64,000 nucleotides of DNA. Source: Deltaproteobacteria bacterium. Lineage in GTDB: Bacteria; Desulfobacterota_D; UBA1144; Nemesobacterales; CSP1-2. Each line of letters begins with the position of its first letter. Position 1 is the stretch's first letter. Positions 28,603 to 37,814 of this stretch are shown piece after piece. Location: contig JBQTHB010000006.1 of the NCBI GenBank assembly GCA_052390235.1, positions 64,001-128,000 on the forward strand. The letters are read 5' to 3'. A program made the translations under genes and the position numbers. Below the pieces are notes generated by a model, which worked only from the letters and a program-made list of their open reading frames with translations, ran no database searches and was not told the origin of the DNA.

Positions 28603-29682
28603 TCACCCATCCCCCCTCCGAATCCCGCTTGCTATTTCCTCTCCAAGGCACTCCGCGGCGACTTCCGGGGGCGTAGGGTTGATGAAGAATCCGGCTCCCC
28701 ACTCGAATCCGGCAATGGTCGTAAGGCGCGGCACTATTTCTATGTGCCAGTGAAAGTCGTATTCAATGGAGTCCCAGTGGCGCGGCTGTCCGGGGCGGCG
28801 GAATTTTGGCGGCGAGGTGTGAAGGACAAAATTATACGGAGGGTCGTTAAGCAGGTTCTTAATAGCAGAGAGGTTACGCTTCAGAACCAGCGCAAGCTCC
28901 GAGAGTTCCGAGTCTTCGAGCATGGAATAGTCGCAGAGGTGATTCTTCGGGATTATCCAAGTTTCAAAGGGGAAGCTCGAAGCAAAAGGCGCCCAGACCA
29001 CATAGCCCTCGGTTTGATGAATTACCCTGGCTTTGAATTCGATTTCCTGCTTTATCAAATCGCACATGAGACAGCGCTCTTTGATTCTGAAATTCTCTCT
29101 CGACGCCACGAGTTCCTGCTTCACTACGGGCGGCACCATGGGAGTTGCGATGAGTTGGGAGTGGGTGTGGATGATTGAGGCTCCGGCTTCGGGTTTATGA
29201 TTTTTGAAAATGAGAATGTACCTAAGCCTAGGGTCGCGGGATAAATCCCTAATCCTCTCCCTAAAAGCGAGCAGAACGTCCCGAATCCAGTCCGTATCGA
29301 GGTCGGCAAGCCCCTTGCTGTGGTCGGGCGTTTCAATTATTACCTCGTGAGCGCCCGCGCCGCTGACCACATCGAATATTCCCGTGGCGTAGCGGATGGC
29401 GTTATCTTCAATCTGAAGCGCTGGGAATTTATTGGGAACTACGCGCACCCTCCAGCCGTCTGAGTTCGCATTGGAGCCGTTATGCCTGACGGCGAATATT
29501 TCGGGAGGGGTTTTATGCTCCGAGCCTCCGCAAAACGGGCATCCGACCGAGGTTTCCGCGCTCTCTGTGGACTGCTCTCTGGAGGCGTTGTAGTCGCTCG
29601 GCCTCCTAGCCCTCTCGGTGGATATTATCACCCATCTGTTTCTTATCGGGTCGAATCTCAGTTCGCGCATATACTCCGGCAC
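28603..29682 (-). CDS. galT: Galactose-1-phosphate uridylyltransferase
   Basis: ELRFDP...WVII..ER.RRP, CPFC, RVVPNKFPAL, HTHSQ (HxHxQ) and AGFEWG motifs. Confidence 0.92.
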   Translation of the reverse strand: MPEYMRELRFDPIRNRWVIISTERARRPSDYNASREQSTESAETSVGCPFCGGSEHKTPPEIFAVRHNGSNANSDGWRVRVVPNKFPALQIEDNAIRYATGIFDVVSGAGAHEVIIETPDHSKGLADLDTDWIRDVLLAFRERIRDLSRDPRLRYILIFKNHKPEAGASIIHTHSQLIATPMVPPVVKQELVASRENFRIKERCLMCDLIKQEIEFKARVIHQTEGYVVWAPFASSFPFETWIIPKNHLCDYSMLEDSELSELALVLKRNLSAIKNLLNDPPYNFVLHTSPPKFRRPGQPRHWDSIEYDFHWHIEIVPRLTTIAGFEWGAGFFINPTPPEVAAECLGEEIASGIRRGDG

Positions 29683-29819
29683 TTACCATTGCCTACAAAT
29701 TAACCGATGATACTATACAATCTTTCTCGGCTAAGCGAAATAGCCGCCCCATGCGCCTACCTCCGAGATACGGGAGGATAGAATACCCGTCCCACTCGCC
29801 ATTGAATCCCGCCGGTTAA

Positions 29820-31115
29820 TTATTCAATTTCGAGGGCTTTGCCCTTGGTCTCAGGCAGGGTCAAAACCACTAAGGCGGCGGCTACGGCGAACACCGAGAC
29901 CGTAACGAGCGATAGCCCGTAGCCGTAAATGCTCGCAACAAAACCCACCATCGGAGGAGCGATGGCTGAGACGCCTCTGCCAAAGTTATAGCAGAACCCC
30001 TGAGCCGTGCCTCTCGCCCTCGTGGGGAAAAGCTCCGAGAAAATAGCCCCGAAACCGGAATAAAACCCAGTGCCGAAGAATCCGATGAGGGGCCCTAGGA
30101 AAAGCACTGTGGTCAAATCCTTGGCATGACCGAAGAACCAGACCAAAACCGCCATTGCGAGAAGATAAAACACAAAAACCGGCTTTCTGCCGAATCTGTC
30201 GCTTATTAAGCCGAAGGTGTTGCACCCGATAAACGCGCCTATGTTGATTGGTATAATCCACGCAAAGCCCTTGGGACCCAAGCCGACTCCTCCCTCTTCG
30301 ATGGGTCTTGAGAGGAACTGCGGTATCCAGAAATAAAGCCCCCAATAGGCTATCATGCACAGGCTCGTCAGCAGCGTGGCAGTGAGCGTGTATCTAATCA
30401 AATCGGGTTTGAATATCTGACTGAGGGTAAAGGTCTGAGCGTTTGCGCTGAGCTTTTTTTCGATTCTCATCTGGGCGGTTTTTTGCCATATCTCCGGCTC
30501 GTTCAGATGCCGCCTGATGTAGAATACCAAAAAGGCAGGCGTAATGCCTACGAGGAAAAGCACCCTCCAGCCCATGTCCACATCGAACCTCGGAATGATT
30601 ATCGTGGCTAGAATCGCCGCCATGATGTAGCCTATTGCCCAGCCGCTCTGCACCATTCCGATGACCTTGCCCCTGTGCTGTTTGGGCCAGCTCTCGGCGA
30701 CGAGAACCTCGCCAGAAGCCCACTCGCCCCCCATTCCAAGCCCCAAAAACACGCGGCAGACGAGCAGAAATGTTATATTCGGTGAAAACGCGCTAAGCCC
30801 CGTAAAGGCGGAATACAGGAGTATCGTATAAGTCAGGGCGCGCACCCTTCCAACATAATCCGAGACGATGCCAAACAGCGCCCCTCCGAAAGCCGAAGAG
30901 AACAGCGTAACCGAGAACAGAGCGCCCACTTCGGGCGGAGTCAGATTAAAGACGATAGCAATTTCGCTGACGGCAAAGGTAAACAGAAGCAGGTCCATCG
31001 CATCGAGTGTCCAACCGAGAAACGCCGCGATAAAAGCCTTCCACTGCTGGGGATTTATGTCCCTGCGCCAGCCGAATAGCCCCCCCGCCATCGGATTCGT
31101 TGTGTGGTTACTCAT
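29820..31115 (-). CDS. MFS transporter (organic-acid/sialate-type)
   Basis: GWTLDAMD, motif A G.VSDYVGR, GMGGEW, ELFPT..RG.AQG..YN and LPETKG; 12 TMs. Confidence 0.9.
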   Translation of the reverse strand: MSNHTTNPMAGGLFGWRRDINPQQWKAFIAAFLGWTLDAMDLLLFTFAVSEIAIVFNLTPPEVGALFSVTLFSSAFGGALFGIVSDYVGRVRALTYTILLYSAFTGLSAFSPNITFLLVCRVFLGLGMGGEWASGEVLVAESWPKQHRGKVIGMVQSGWAIGYIMAAILATIIIPRFDVDMGWRVLFLVGITPAFLVFYIRRHLNEPEIWQKTAQMRIEKKLSANAQTFTLSQIFKPDLIRYTLTATLLTSLCMIAYWGLYFWIPQFLSRPIEEGGVGLGPKGFAWIIPINIGAFIGCNTFGLISDRFGRKPVFVFYLLAMAVLVWFFGHAKDLTTVLFLGPLIGFFGTGFYSGFGAIFSELFPTRARGTAQGFCYNFGRGVSAIAPPMVGFVASIYGYGLSLVTVSVFAVAAALVVLTLPETKGKALEIE

Positions 31116-31373
31116 AAGGCGACCTCCCCCCTTCGTATTCAGAAATGGAATTTAAATTCTGCTCTCTTAGGCTCAAGCCTACTAAATTTGATTTATCGTG
31201 TCAATCTTAAATTTTTAGCGGAAATCATTGGGGGATACGAGATGAAATATAGCCCGCGCTAATACACCGCCAGAGAGGGATTTATCGGCGAATTGACGCC
31301 AATTTGATAGATAAAACCAGAGGTTGCCGCGCCGAAGCGCCTTGAGCCTCACTCAGCGCACAGTCTAAAAGCC

Positions 31374-31832
31374 CTACTGGCAAATTGACGCCCTGAGCCC
31401 TAGGGCGTTGGTGAACCACCAGTCGGATGAGTGTCCGGTTTTCCCCTTGACTTGAAACTCGATGCAGTGGGTGAATTCGTGCTTCCACACAAAAGAGTTG
31501 CGAGGGTTGCCGTCGAGCCGTTTGGAGAAATAGAGGTTGCACCTCGATGAAAAGGACGAGGTTTCCCGCCCCTTGACGGTGAATGAATCCTCACGCGCGA
31601 TGTGAATTACGGGTTTTTGAAGCACCACCGCCGCGCCCGGGCTGATTTTTCCCTCGTCGGCGAGGCATCCTAGCGTTTCAGCCCACCAGTCCTCCTCCGA
31701 GGTATTGAGAACCCTCGCCTCGAGGATTTCAATTCTCTTAGCCGCGGGGACTGTGGGGAGATAGCAGGACGAAATTAGCGCCGCCGCCGATACGCCAAGG
31801 GCAATTATTAATATAGGGAATAGAGTGTTCAT
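31374..31832 (-). CDS. Hypothetical lipoprotein with an HExxH motif
   Basis: Hydrophobic N-terminus ending LISSC; WKHEFTHC...GH. Confidence 0.5.
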   Translation of the reverse strand: MNTLFPILIIALGVSAAALISSCYLPTVPAAKRIEILEARVLNTSEEDWWAETLGCLADEGKISPGAAVVLQKPVIHIAREDSFTVKGRETSSFSSRCNLYFSKRLDGNPRNSFVWKHEFTHCIEFQVKGKTGHSSDWWFTNALGLRASICQ

Positions 31833-31899
31833 CGCGCCGACTCGCAAGGGAAAATCAGAGCTTGGCAAATCGCCCCCTGCCGCCCTTAGAGATAATGGG

Positions 31900-32988
31900 C
31901 TATTTCCCAAGCGCCTTGTTCATCGCCGCAACGAACCTCTCGTTCTCCGCCCGTGTGCCGACGCTCACCCGAAGATGCGTCCTTAGCCCGTACGCTGCGA
32001 CAGGTCTGGCAATAACCCCCTCTCTGAGAAGGGCGTTATAAATGGGCATTGGGTCTCGGAGCAAGTCCACGAGGATAAAATTCGTATAAGACGGCGCAAA
32101 GGGCAGATTCATCAGCCGAAGCTCGCCGCAGAGGTACTCAATCCCCTCCGAGTTAACTTGGCGAGAGCGGTTTACGTGTCCTATGTCGTCGAGGGCGGCA
32201 AGGGCGGCTACCTGGGCTAGGGAATTTATATTGAACGGCTCTCTCACTCGGCTCATGTAGGAGATTATCTCAGGCGATGCGACGCCGAATCCGAGCCTGA
32301 GTCCGGCAAGCCCGTAGATTTTGGAGAACGTCCTCACGGTGATAATTGACTTTCCGAGGCGGTGATAATCAATGGAATTCGGGTAGCCGGCGTCAGCGAC
32401 GTAATCGAAATAGGCTTCGTCCATTACCACTATCACGTCGTCCGGGACACGCTCTAAAAACCCTCGAACCTCGTCCGATTTGACCATTGTGCCTGTGGGA
32501 TTATTGGGGTTGGCGATGAAAACGGCTTTTGTCCTCGGCGTGATTCGAGCGAGCATATCCTGCAAATCGTGCTTGAGTCCCGGCATCGGTGAGATGACTG
32601 CCCTAGCCCCCACGGCTTGAGTTACTATCGGAAAGACGATGAAAGCGAACTCCCCCATTACGGCTTCATCGCCGGGCTGGATGAATGTTCTCGCGACGAT
32701 TTCGATGACCTCGTTCGAGCCGTTGCCGAAGATGATGTTCTCAGGGTTGACGGCTAGCTTTTCGGCGACCTTGCGCTTGAGGTAGAAAGCGTCTCCGTCG
32801 GGGTAGCGGTTGAGTTTGCCCAATGCCTCAGCTACGGCGGCGACGGCAAGCGGCGATGGGCCAAGCGGGTTTTCATTGGATGCGAGCTTAACAGCATCGC
32901 GAATTCCAAGCTCCCTCTCCAGCTCCTCGACGGGCTTTCCCGGCACGTAGGGAATCAGATTTTTGACATACTCGCTGGGCTTTATCAA
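31900..32988 (-). CDS. hisC: Histidinol-phosphate aminotransferase
   Basis: KLASNENPLG, GNGSNE, NPNNPTG, DEAY and RTFSKIYGLAGLRLG (PLP lysine) motifs. Confidence 0.93.
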   Translation of the reverse strand: MIKPSEYVKNLIPYVPGKPVEELERELGIRDAVKLASNENPLGPSPLAVAAVAEALGKLNRYPDGDAFYLKRKVAEKLAVNPENIIFGNGSNEVIEIVARTFIQPGDEAVMGEFAFIVFPIVTQAVGARAVISPMPGLKHDLQDMLARITPRTKAVFIANPNNPTGTMVKSDEVRGFLERVPDDVIVVMDEAYFDYVADAGYPNSIDYHRLGKSIITVRTFSKIYGLAGLRLGFGVASPEIISYMSRVREPFNINSLAQVAALAALDDIGHVNRSRQVNSEGIEYLCGELRLMNLPFAPSYTNFILVDLLRDPMPIYNALLREGVIARPVAAYGLRTHLRVSVGTRAENERFVAAMNKALGK

Positions 32989-33174
32989 TGGGGAAATCCT
33001 CTCTCTACAATTTTTCAGAGCTATATAATACCATGAGAAGATGGGCGCGGATTTATCCCTATTATCTCAGCTAAAGCCATATTTCATTCCCTGCGCCGCG
33101 GGCATTTTGCATCCCAAGAGGTCTCAGTTATTATCATCTCCTTAAAATTTCATAGAGAGAGGAGGTAAGATACG

Positions 33175-34041
33175 ATGTCTAGTTTCAAACAATTTACAAT
33201 AGCCCTCGTCGCGCTCATCGCGGTAGGGTTTTCCCTTTCCACGCCGCTTGTGGCTGGAGAGAAGGCGAAGGTGAAGCTCTACGTGTTTGACTGCGGCTAT
33301 ATCACCGCAAACGACCTTTCAATATTTTCCTCAGAGGGTTTCTACAAGGGGGAGACAAAAGAACTCGTGGATTCATGCTATTTGGTAATCCACCCGACTA
33401 AAGGGATGCTCCTTTGGGACGCGGGTCTGTCGGATTCGCTGATTTCCAAGCCAGAGGGCGTGGTCGTGGGCGGCGGGGCTTTCACACTGAAGGTGAAAAA
33501 GACCCTCGCCTCGCAGCTTCAGGTCATAGGAGTCAAGCCTGAAGACGTTACCTACATCGCATTTTCCCATCTGCACTTTGACCACACCGGAAACGCCAAC
33601 GCCTTCACCAATGCCACATGGCTCGTTCAGGGCGTTGAATTCGATGCGGGCTTCGGACCGGATGCCGAGAAATTATTCTTCGACCCCAGCACCTACAATA
33701 AGCTCAAGAGCGGAAAAGTTGAGAAGCTCGACGGGGACAAAGACGTTTTTGGAGATGGCTCGGTCATTATTTACGCCGCTCCGGGACACACGCCGGGACA
33801 TCAGGTGCTGTACGTAAATCTAAGAAAGTCTGGACCAATAGTCCTCTCAGGCGACCTCTATCACTTCGAGAAGAACCGCACTTTCAGGAGAGTGCCAGCG
33901 TTTAATTTCGACAAAGAGGCGACCAAGACCTCCATTGGCAGGGTCGAGGACATCGTGGCGAAGGAAAACGCCCAGTTCTGGATTCAGCACGACACCGAGC
34001 AGAACGCAAAGATAAAACACTCGCCTGAATTCTATAACTAA
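33175..34041 (+). CDS. N-acyl-homoserine-lactonase family metallo-beta-lactamase-fold hydrolase, secreted
   Basis: Signal peptide; LLWDAG, SHLHFDHTGN (HxHxDH), DVFGDGSV, PGHTPGHQ, SGDLYH and WIQHD motifs. Confidence 0.85.
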   Translation: MSSFKQFTIALVALIAVGFSLSTPLVAGEKAKVKLYVFDCGYITANDLSIFSSEGFYKGETKELVDSCYLVIHPTKGMLLWDAGLSDSLISKPEGVVVGGGAFTLKVKKTLASQLQVIGVKPEDVTYIAFSHLHFDHTGNANAFTNATWLVQGVEFDAGFGPDAEKLFFDPSTYNKLKSGKVEKLDGDKDVFGDGSVIIYAAPGHTPGHQVLYVNLRKSGPIVLSGDLYHFEKNRTFRRVPAFNFDKEATKTSIGRVEDIVAKENAQFWIQHDTEQNAKIKHSPEFYN

Positions 34042-34056
34042 AGTTCTCTAATCATC

Positions 34057-34089
34057 GGGGCGGCGGCTCTATGGCGAGGTTGCCGTCCC
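34057..34089. terminator. GC-rich hairpin between convergent genes
   Basis: GGGGCGGCGGC and GTTGCCGTCCC form a stem with G-U pairs; no clear U-tract. Confidence 0.35.
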
Positions 34090-34154
34090 GCTCCACTGTG
34101 CGCGCGCCTGCTTGGAGCGCTGCGTGATATTCTGCATATAGACTAAAAAACCGC

Positions 34155-36704
34155 TTAGAGCTGGAAAAACCGCTCAAGCCCCCTTATAACCTTATCGCTT
34201 TTATCCCGCATTCGGGCGCAGTCTGGAAGGGAATCGAGAAAGTACTTTCCGTAGCTTTTGCTTATCACCCGCCTGTCCAAGATTAATACAGCCCCCCTGT
34301 CCGATCGCGTGCGGATGAGCCGCCCGAAACCCTGCTTGAATTTCAGCACTGCCGTCGGAACGGTATAGTCAAGAAATGAATTGACGCCCTCTTTTTCCAT
34401 ATTCTCGACCCTCGCCTCAAGCACCGGCTCAGTGGGCACTCTGAACGGCAGGCGCGTAATTACCACTAGCCTCAGCGCGTCCCCCGGCACATCAACCCCT
34501 TCCCAAAAACTGTCCGTGGCAAACAGCACAGATTTATCCTCCGCTCTGAACCTGTCCAGTAGCCTAGCGCGCGGGCTTGCCCCCTGCTTAAGGAGCGGCA
34601 TCCCCAAGAGGGCGAGTTCATCCCCGATTTTCGCCGCGACGCTCTCAAGGAGCGAGTACGATGTAAAAAGCACAAGGGCATTTCCCCCAGAGGCGCGCGC
34701 CGCCCGAAGCACCATTGCGGGGAGAGCCGAGACAAAATCCCTCGATGTAGGCTCAGGCATATCGTCGGGTACGGCTACCATGGCCTGTTTTTTGTAATCG
34801 AAAGGGGATGGGATGATGCGCTCGACAAGGCGGGCAGAGTCTTCGATTCCGAGCGTGGATTTAATAAATTTAAAGCTCCCCCTAACGGACATCGTGGCGG
34901 ATGTCATGACGACGGTCTTGGATTTCGCGTAGAGTTTATCCTTGAGATGAGGCGCAATATCGAGAGGAGAGATACCAATCCCTGAGAATATCGCCGCCCC
35001 CTTGCCTATCCTCGCCTCGACCCACCTCACGTAGCCGTCGTCATTGGCATCTAGGAAAAATGAGATGACATCCGCCCAGAAGCCGAGCTTATTTGCGACT
35101 CCGGTAAATTCCGCAATGATTCTAGCTACTTCGGTCTCAGCCTCATAGTCCGAAAGCACGTCCGTAAACGCTTTAATATCGTCTCCCAACTCCTTGAGCT
35201 TGATTCTGAGAATGGAGAATTTCTTATCAACCCTCTCCCAGCCCTCGCGCTCCCTTACGGAGTCCGTAACGCGGAAGCTCGCCTCTTCGCCCCCTCCTCC
35301 GTTTTGCCCCTCGCAGGATGCCGAGCCGAAGAGGTAAAGCTCGTCAAATGCGTCCCGCGAATACTCTTCGAGCCGGTCAATTTCAGGCGAGAGTGTCTCC
35401 TCGACTTTCCTCAGAACGTTGTTGAGAATGCCTTTTCTGAAATATTTCTTGAGCTTCGTAGCGAGGGATGCCACATAAAAAATAAGCCCCTTCGCCTCGC
35501 CCCGTCCGCCCCGCCTCTTGAGCCTTCTGAGCGCGCGTATGACGGCGAATTTCGTCGCCCTCATGCCGAAGTGAGAAGTCGCCGCGTCGGCAATATGATG
35601 CCCTTCATCGAAGATGACGCGCTTGTAGGGGGGCAGGATGCCGGAGTCCGAGTGGTCGCTCGCCCCTTTGATGGACAAATCCGAGAAGAGCAGGTGATGA
35701 TTTACGATGAGAAGCTGTGCCGAAGCCATTTCGCGGCGCGCTTTGTAAAAAAAGCACTTTGAGTAATACGGACACCTCGCCCGAATACAGCTCTCGCTCT
35801 CGGCTGAGACCTTGTCCCAAGCCTCGTCCGATGGGGTGAAACCGAGGTCGGCAAGCGAGCCGTCTTGGGTGAATTTTGCCCACTCCAATATGGGTTTGAG
35901 CGAGTCAACCTCCCCTTCTTCTGCAATGTCGAACAGTCCGTCCTGCACGGTCTCGCTCCTGAGGATACACAGGTAATTGCCCATGCCCTTGACGAGAGAG
36001 AATTTAAAATCCTCGCCCAACGCGCTCTTGAGCAGGGGGATGTCCTTTTCAATGAGCTGTTCCTGGAGGTTGATGGTATTGGTCGAGATAACGACGCGCT
36101 CCTTGTTGCGAATCGCCCACTTCAGAGCCGGAATCAGGTAGGCAAGCGTCTTTCCCGTTCCAGTTCCCGCCTCGATGAGCGAGATTCCATCCTCGTTAAA
36201 CGCATCGGCGACGGCTTCCATCATCTGAATCTGCTCGGAGCGCAGTTCGTAACTCCCCCCCATCGCCCCTGCGACGCCGCCTTCAGGCAGGAGAGCGCGC
36301 CGAAGCTCATCGGGATTGAGTTTCTGCGCCTCGTTAGCGCGAAACGGCTCTACCACGGGATACACCTCTGAGGCGTCGTTGCTAACGATATAAAATCCGA
36401 CGCCGTTGTTGCCGAAGATGGATGCGGCTCTCACGTCCTGGTCGGAGGGGGTAAGATTGCCCGATGGGTGATTATGAATTACGACTTCGCCCGGCGCGGC
36501 GGCGTCAACAACGGCGGGAGTCGAGGAGTCATCGCCCCTGGCTGCGGCTTTTACCTCAAATACGACGCCGTCCTCGCCCAGAGAGCCTACGAAAAAGACC
36601 TCCATCCCCGCAGTCTCGGCTATCGCGCGCTCGATTTGCCCTCTGGCTTCATCGGTGAAATAAGTTTTCGGCACGAAGGAAAACTTAACACAGCCGCCCT
36701 TCAT
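34155..36704 (-). CDS. DinG/YoaA-family helicase with an N-terminal JAB (RadC-like) domain
   Basis: N-terminal EVFF...IHNHPSG.LTPS..D; helicase motifs EAGTGTGKT, Fe-S cysteines, DEGH, SAT, FWEGVD and QGFGRLIR. Confidence 0.9.
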   Translation of the reverse strand: MKGGCVKFSFVPKTYFTDEARGQIERAIAETAGMEVFFVGSLGEDGVVFEVKAAARGDDSSTPAVVDAAAPGEVVIHNHPSGNLTPSDQDVRAASIFGNNGVGFYIVSNDASEVYPVVEPFRANEAQKLNPDELRRALLPEGGVAGAMGGSYELRSEQIQMMEAVADAFNEDGISLIEAGTGTGKTLAYLIPALKWAIRNKERVVISTNTINLQEQLIEKDIPLLKSALGEDFKFSLVKGMGNYLCILRSETVQDGLFDIAEEGEVDSLKPILEWAKFTQDGSLADLGFTPSDEAWDKVSAESESCIRARCPYYSKCFFYKARREMASAQLLIVNHHLLFSDLSIKGASDHSDSGILPPYKRVIFDEGHHIADAATSHFGMRATKFAVIRALRRLKRRGGRGEAKGLIFYVASLATKLKKYFRKGILNNVLRKVEETLSPEIDRLEEYSRDAFDELYLFGSASCEGQNGGGGEEASFRVTDSVREREGWERVDKKFSILRIKLKELGDDIKAFTDVLSDYEAETEVARIIAEFTGVANKLGFWADVISFFLDANDDGYVRWVEARIGKGAAIFSGIGISPLDIAPHLKDKLYAKSKTVVMTSATMSVRGSFKFIKSTLGIEDSARLVERIIPSPFDYKKQAMVAVPDDMPEPTSRDFVSALPAMVLRAARASGGNALVLFTSYSLLESVAAKIGDELALLGMPLLKQGASPRARLLDRFRAEDKSVLFATDSFWEGVDVPGDALRLVVITRLPFRVPTEPVLEARVENMEKEGVNSFLDYTVPTAVLKFKQGFGRLIRTRSDRGAVLILDRRVISKSYGKYFLDSLPDCARMRDKSDKVIRGLERFFQL

Positions 36705-36781
36705 TTCCAGAGTAGCGTCGTTTGCTTTGATAAAATTTTAAGGTAGCTTAATAGCGTTTCCGCTCGGATTCTTCAATCAAA

Positions 36782-36873
36782 GGAGGGGTGGCTGAGCGGT
36801 CGAAAGCGCCGGTCTCGAAAACCGGTGGGGCCCTCGCGGGCCCTCGTGGGTTCGAATCCCACCCCCTCCGCCA
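36782..36873 (+). tRNA. tRNA-Ser(CGA)
   Basis: GGAGGGG acceptor stem, anticodon arm CCGGT-CTCGAAA-ACCGG, long variable arm, GGTTCGAATCC; CCA encoded. Confidence 0.95.
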
Positions 36874-36976
36874 AGTTTTACCATCCAGCAAAATTGAGGA
36901 AAAAATTGGGAAGTGATATAATCTATTTGCAAGTGATAAAAGTATTATGTCATTTTCCGTACATCAATAATCCACT

Positions 36977-37160
36977 GTGTCCACAATAGGAAAAAAGATA
37001 AAGAAATTTCGGCAGGATAGGTTGTCAAAACTTGCTGGTTTGTCGCTCGATAGCGTTGTTAAGATAAAGCTGGATGATAGCCCGAACCCAACAATTGGAA
37101 CAATATATGAGGACTACGAAAGCCCTTGAGGTTTCGGTAGATGGGCTACTGACGAAATAA
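36977..37160 (+). pseudogene. XRE-family HTH regulator (putative R-M controller), degenerate
   Basis: Not in the ORF track. GTG-STIGKKIKKFRQDRLSKLAGLSLDSVVKIKLDDSPNPTIGT, then a +1 shift at CAATATATG, then RTTKALEVSVDGLLTK*. XRE pattern with an apparent deletion of about 6 aa between R and QDRL. Confidence 0.7.
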
Positions 37161-37163
37161 AAT

Positions 37164-37803
37164 ATGATGAACACTATGAATGAAAAAATATTAGCGCTTT
37201 CAGAAAAATATTCTAAAGCTCTCCGTAGAAAAATGACTGAGAGAATTACTGAAATGGAGGCTGACAATAATTCTCACTATTTGATATACAGAGTTTTAGG
37301 TATCGCTATATAAAGAAGGGAAGCTGATTGATGAATACCAAAACATGGGTCGTTTTCTTTATAAATACGCAGGTTCTTTTTTGGAAGAAGCCGCAATACT
37401 ATGCTTTGAAGAAAAATTTCCGAAAACTCAAAGAAAACTTCGAATACCAAATAAACTAGGATCAAGACCAGCAACATTTGAGATTGATTGTCTTGTTGGG
37501 AAAGATGCTTACGAAATTAAATGGAGAGACGCAACAACTGACGGCGACCATATTACAAAAGAACACACCAGAGTAAAAAATATCAAAAATGCTGGGTATA
37601 AACCTATCCGTATAATGTTTTATTACCCTAACCGTACTCAAGCTATACGGATACAAGAAACATTAAAGACTATATACGCCGGAGTCAGTGGAGAATATTA
37701 CTTTGGAGAGGGCGCGTGGAAGATAATCAAAAACAAAACAGGTGTTGATTTACTAGCAATACTTGAAAATATAGCTGATCAAAAAACCAAAGCCAAAGGC
37801 TAA
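37164..37803 (+). pseudogene. ApaLI/XbaI-family type II restriction endonuclease, +1 frameshift
   Basis: ...DNNSHYLIYRVLGIAI* (TAA 37311) continues in the +1 frame as KEGKLIDEYQNMGRFLYKYAGSFLEEA...FEIDCL...EIKWRDATTDGDHITKEH. Confidence 0.82.
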
Positions 37804-37814
37804 TATTAAAATAT

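Noticed and set aside
28555..29178. Long antisense ORFs (also 7934-8569, 35865-36371, 42293-42898)
   Set aside because: They lie opposite well-supported genes, have no recognisable motifs, and are expected in GC-rich coding DNA.
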